From the IMG/VR virus record IMGVR_UViG_3300021440_000214, positions 1 through 14,220 of that record: a stretch of DNA of 14,220 nucleotides, one strand, 5' to 3'. Source of the DNA: a virus. A program made the translations under genes and the position numbers. Numbering within the stretch: the stretch's first letter is position 1; every line of letters starts with the position of its first letter. The notes beneath the pieces are model-generated. The model saw only the letters and a list, made by a program, of their open reading frames with translations, searched no databases and was not told the origin of the DNA. Positions 13,770-14,220 of the stretch are shown piece by piece.

Positions 13770-13942
13770 TCTTTCCTCTGGTCCTTGAGATCCTGAGATA
13801 TCATGATGAGTGCTTTAGTATTGTTATCAATAACATCACTCATCTTATCCATCTTCTTAACGATATACCATCCTAAACCCAAACAGGCAACGATAGGAAA
13901 ACCTAAAGATGAGATGATCTGTATAATATCTGCTACGCTCAT
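13766..13942 (-). CDS. Holin, 58 aa, single N-terminal TMD (BhlA/UviB-like); not in the supplied ORF track
   Basis: My translation: MSVADIIQIISSLGFPIVACLGLGWYIVKKMDKMSDVIDNNTKALIMISQDLKDQRKE. It has one hydrophobic segment (about aa 5-27) followed by a charged tail. AGGAGG (complement of 13950-13955) lies 7 nt before the ATG at 13942. The stop TGA (13768-13766) overlaps the endolysin ATG (13769-13767). Confidence 0.6.
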   Translation of the reverse strand: MSVADIIQIISSLGFPIVACLGLGWYIVKKMDKMSDVIDNNTKALIMISQDLKDQRKE

Positions 13943-13970
13943 GACCTTTCCTCCTTTCCTTTAGTGTAGT

Positions 13971-14083
13971 GGTAAGAGGTCTATCAGTATTCAGAGATGT
14001 GTCCATCCGACCAGACAGGAGGTCTAGGCTCTACTCCTTCCGGGAGTTTTACATAGTGAGCCAGACTGATAGATCCTCTCACC
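13971..14083 (-). other. Structured RNA element (multi-helix 5' leader of the right arm, or a pRNA-like small RNA)
   Basis: Helix 1: 13976-13988 pairs with 14065-14078, 13 bp with one bulge, extendable to 13971-14083 with one mismatch. Helix 2: 14023-14031 pairs with 14058-14065, 8 bp with one bulge. A hairpin at 14033-14047 has the form ACTCC-ttccg-GGAGT. Confidence 0.4.
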
Positions 14084-14086
14084 TAT

Positions 14087-14115
14087 ATGATATTTGTGTT
14101 TCAAATGAAAGTAAA
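14087..14115 (-). promoter_or_regulatory. Putative sigma-A/sigma-70-type promoter of the right (lysis/structural) arm
   Basis: On the - strand: TTTACT (14115-14110), a 17-nt spacer, then TATCAT (14092-14087). These match consensus at 4/6 and 5/6 positions. The predicted start near 14080 coincides with the 5' strand of the closing helix of the structured element. Confidence 0.35.
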
Positions 14116-14132
14116 GTGATTTTTATCTTGAC

Positions 14133-14171
14133 AGTGACAATTTGTAACACGTTTGTAACATTTCTGTGACC
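14133..14171 (-). promoter_or_regulatory. Four phased TGTTACA-like heptamers in mirror orientation just inside the right ITR
   Basis: On the + strand: AGTGACA 14133-14139, TGTAACA 14143-14149, TGTAACA 14154-14160 and TGTGACC 14165-14171. Spacings are 10, 11 and 11 bp. Reverse-complemented, they read GGTCACA, TGTTACA, TGTTACA, TGTCACT. Confidence 0.55.
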
Positions 14172-14175
14172 AGAT

Positions 14176-14220
14176 CCGGATGGGAAGGTGGATCATCCGC
14201 CTAATACCTTTGGATACCTC
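14176..14220. repeat. Right inverted terminal repeat (ITR), 45 bp
   Basis: Exact reverse complement of bases 1-45. Confidence 0.95.

Noticed and set aside
13961-14047. tRNA-like string (TAGTGTAGTGGTAAGAGG...GGTCTAGGCTC) in the right-end non-coding region
   Set aside because: The GTAGTGGTAAG piece resembles a D-loop. However, I could not build a 7-bp acceptor stem or an anticodon arm, and there is no GGTTCGAATCC-type T-loop. The same bases are better explained by the long-range helices of the structured element.
14128-14133. Perfect TTGACA on the + strand near the right end
   Set aside because: It points toward the genome terminus, no acceptable -10 lies 16-18 nt downstream, and there is nothing to transcribe. 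It probably just overlaps the heptamer array.
13969-14169. Track ORF 13969..14169 (+, 66 aa) in the right-end non-coding region
   Set aside because: It points outward toward the genome end, has no SD or ATG context, and spans the promoter and repeat array. It is more plausibly non-coding regulatory or structured sequence.
1-14220. Alternative genetic code or stop-codon reassignment
   Set aside because: TGA (for example 415-417, and the capsid, fibre and endolysin stops), TAA (many) and TAG (572-574) all end well-supported ORFs at sensible lengths. Long ORFs are uninterrupted under the standard code.

Overview
The window looks like a complete linear genome (14,220 bp) of a small phi29-type (Picovirinae-like) podophage that replicates by protein priming. 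Bases 1-45 are the exact reverse complement of 14176-14220, a 45-bp inverted terminal repeat (ITR). Just inside each ITR lies an array of TGTTACA-like heptamers spaced about 11 bp apart, mirror-oriented at the two ends. Two gene arms converge on a bidirectional terminator at about 5.7 kb. The left arm (+ strand, 169-5672) has five small early ORFs, one of them a ribbon-helix-helix (RHH) gene missing from the ORF track. These are followed by a very basic putative terminal protein, a family-B protein-primed DNA polymerase with all Exo and Pol motifs visible, a 114-aa ORF, a gp16-like Walker packaging ATPase and a 49-aa ORF. The right arm (- strand, 13942 down to 5744) has a single-TMD holin (also missing from the track), an Amidase_5+CW_7 endolysin and a second Amidase_5-like hydrolase. 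Then come a scaffold-like protein, a phi29 gp8-like major capsid protein, a gp9-like tail knob, a gp10-like portal, a putative lower collar and a two-tier coiled-coil fibre. Strong AGGAGG ribosome-binding sites, the CW_7 wall-binding domain and about 39% GC suggest a Gram-positive (Firmicutes-like) host. The genetic code is standard: TGA, TAA and TAG all act as stops. Points worth a second look: (1) strong over-representation of the palindromes GATC, CCGG, GGATCC and TCCGGA; (2) the phased terminal repeat arrays; (3) a structured non-coding element of about 110 nt between the right-end promoter and the first gene, either a 5' leader or a pRNA-like candidate; (4) a (GSDDS)x7 acidic tail on the capsid protein; (5) two tandem paralogous lysins, with the lysis cassette first in the structural operon. 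I found no defence system, CRISPR array, tRNA or integrase. All homology statements come from motif recognition by eye and from memory, not from searches.
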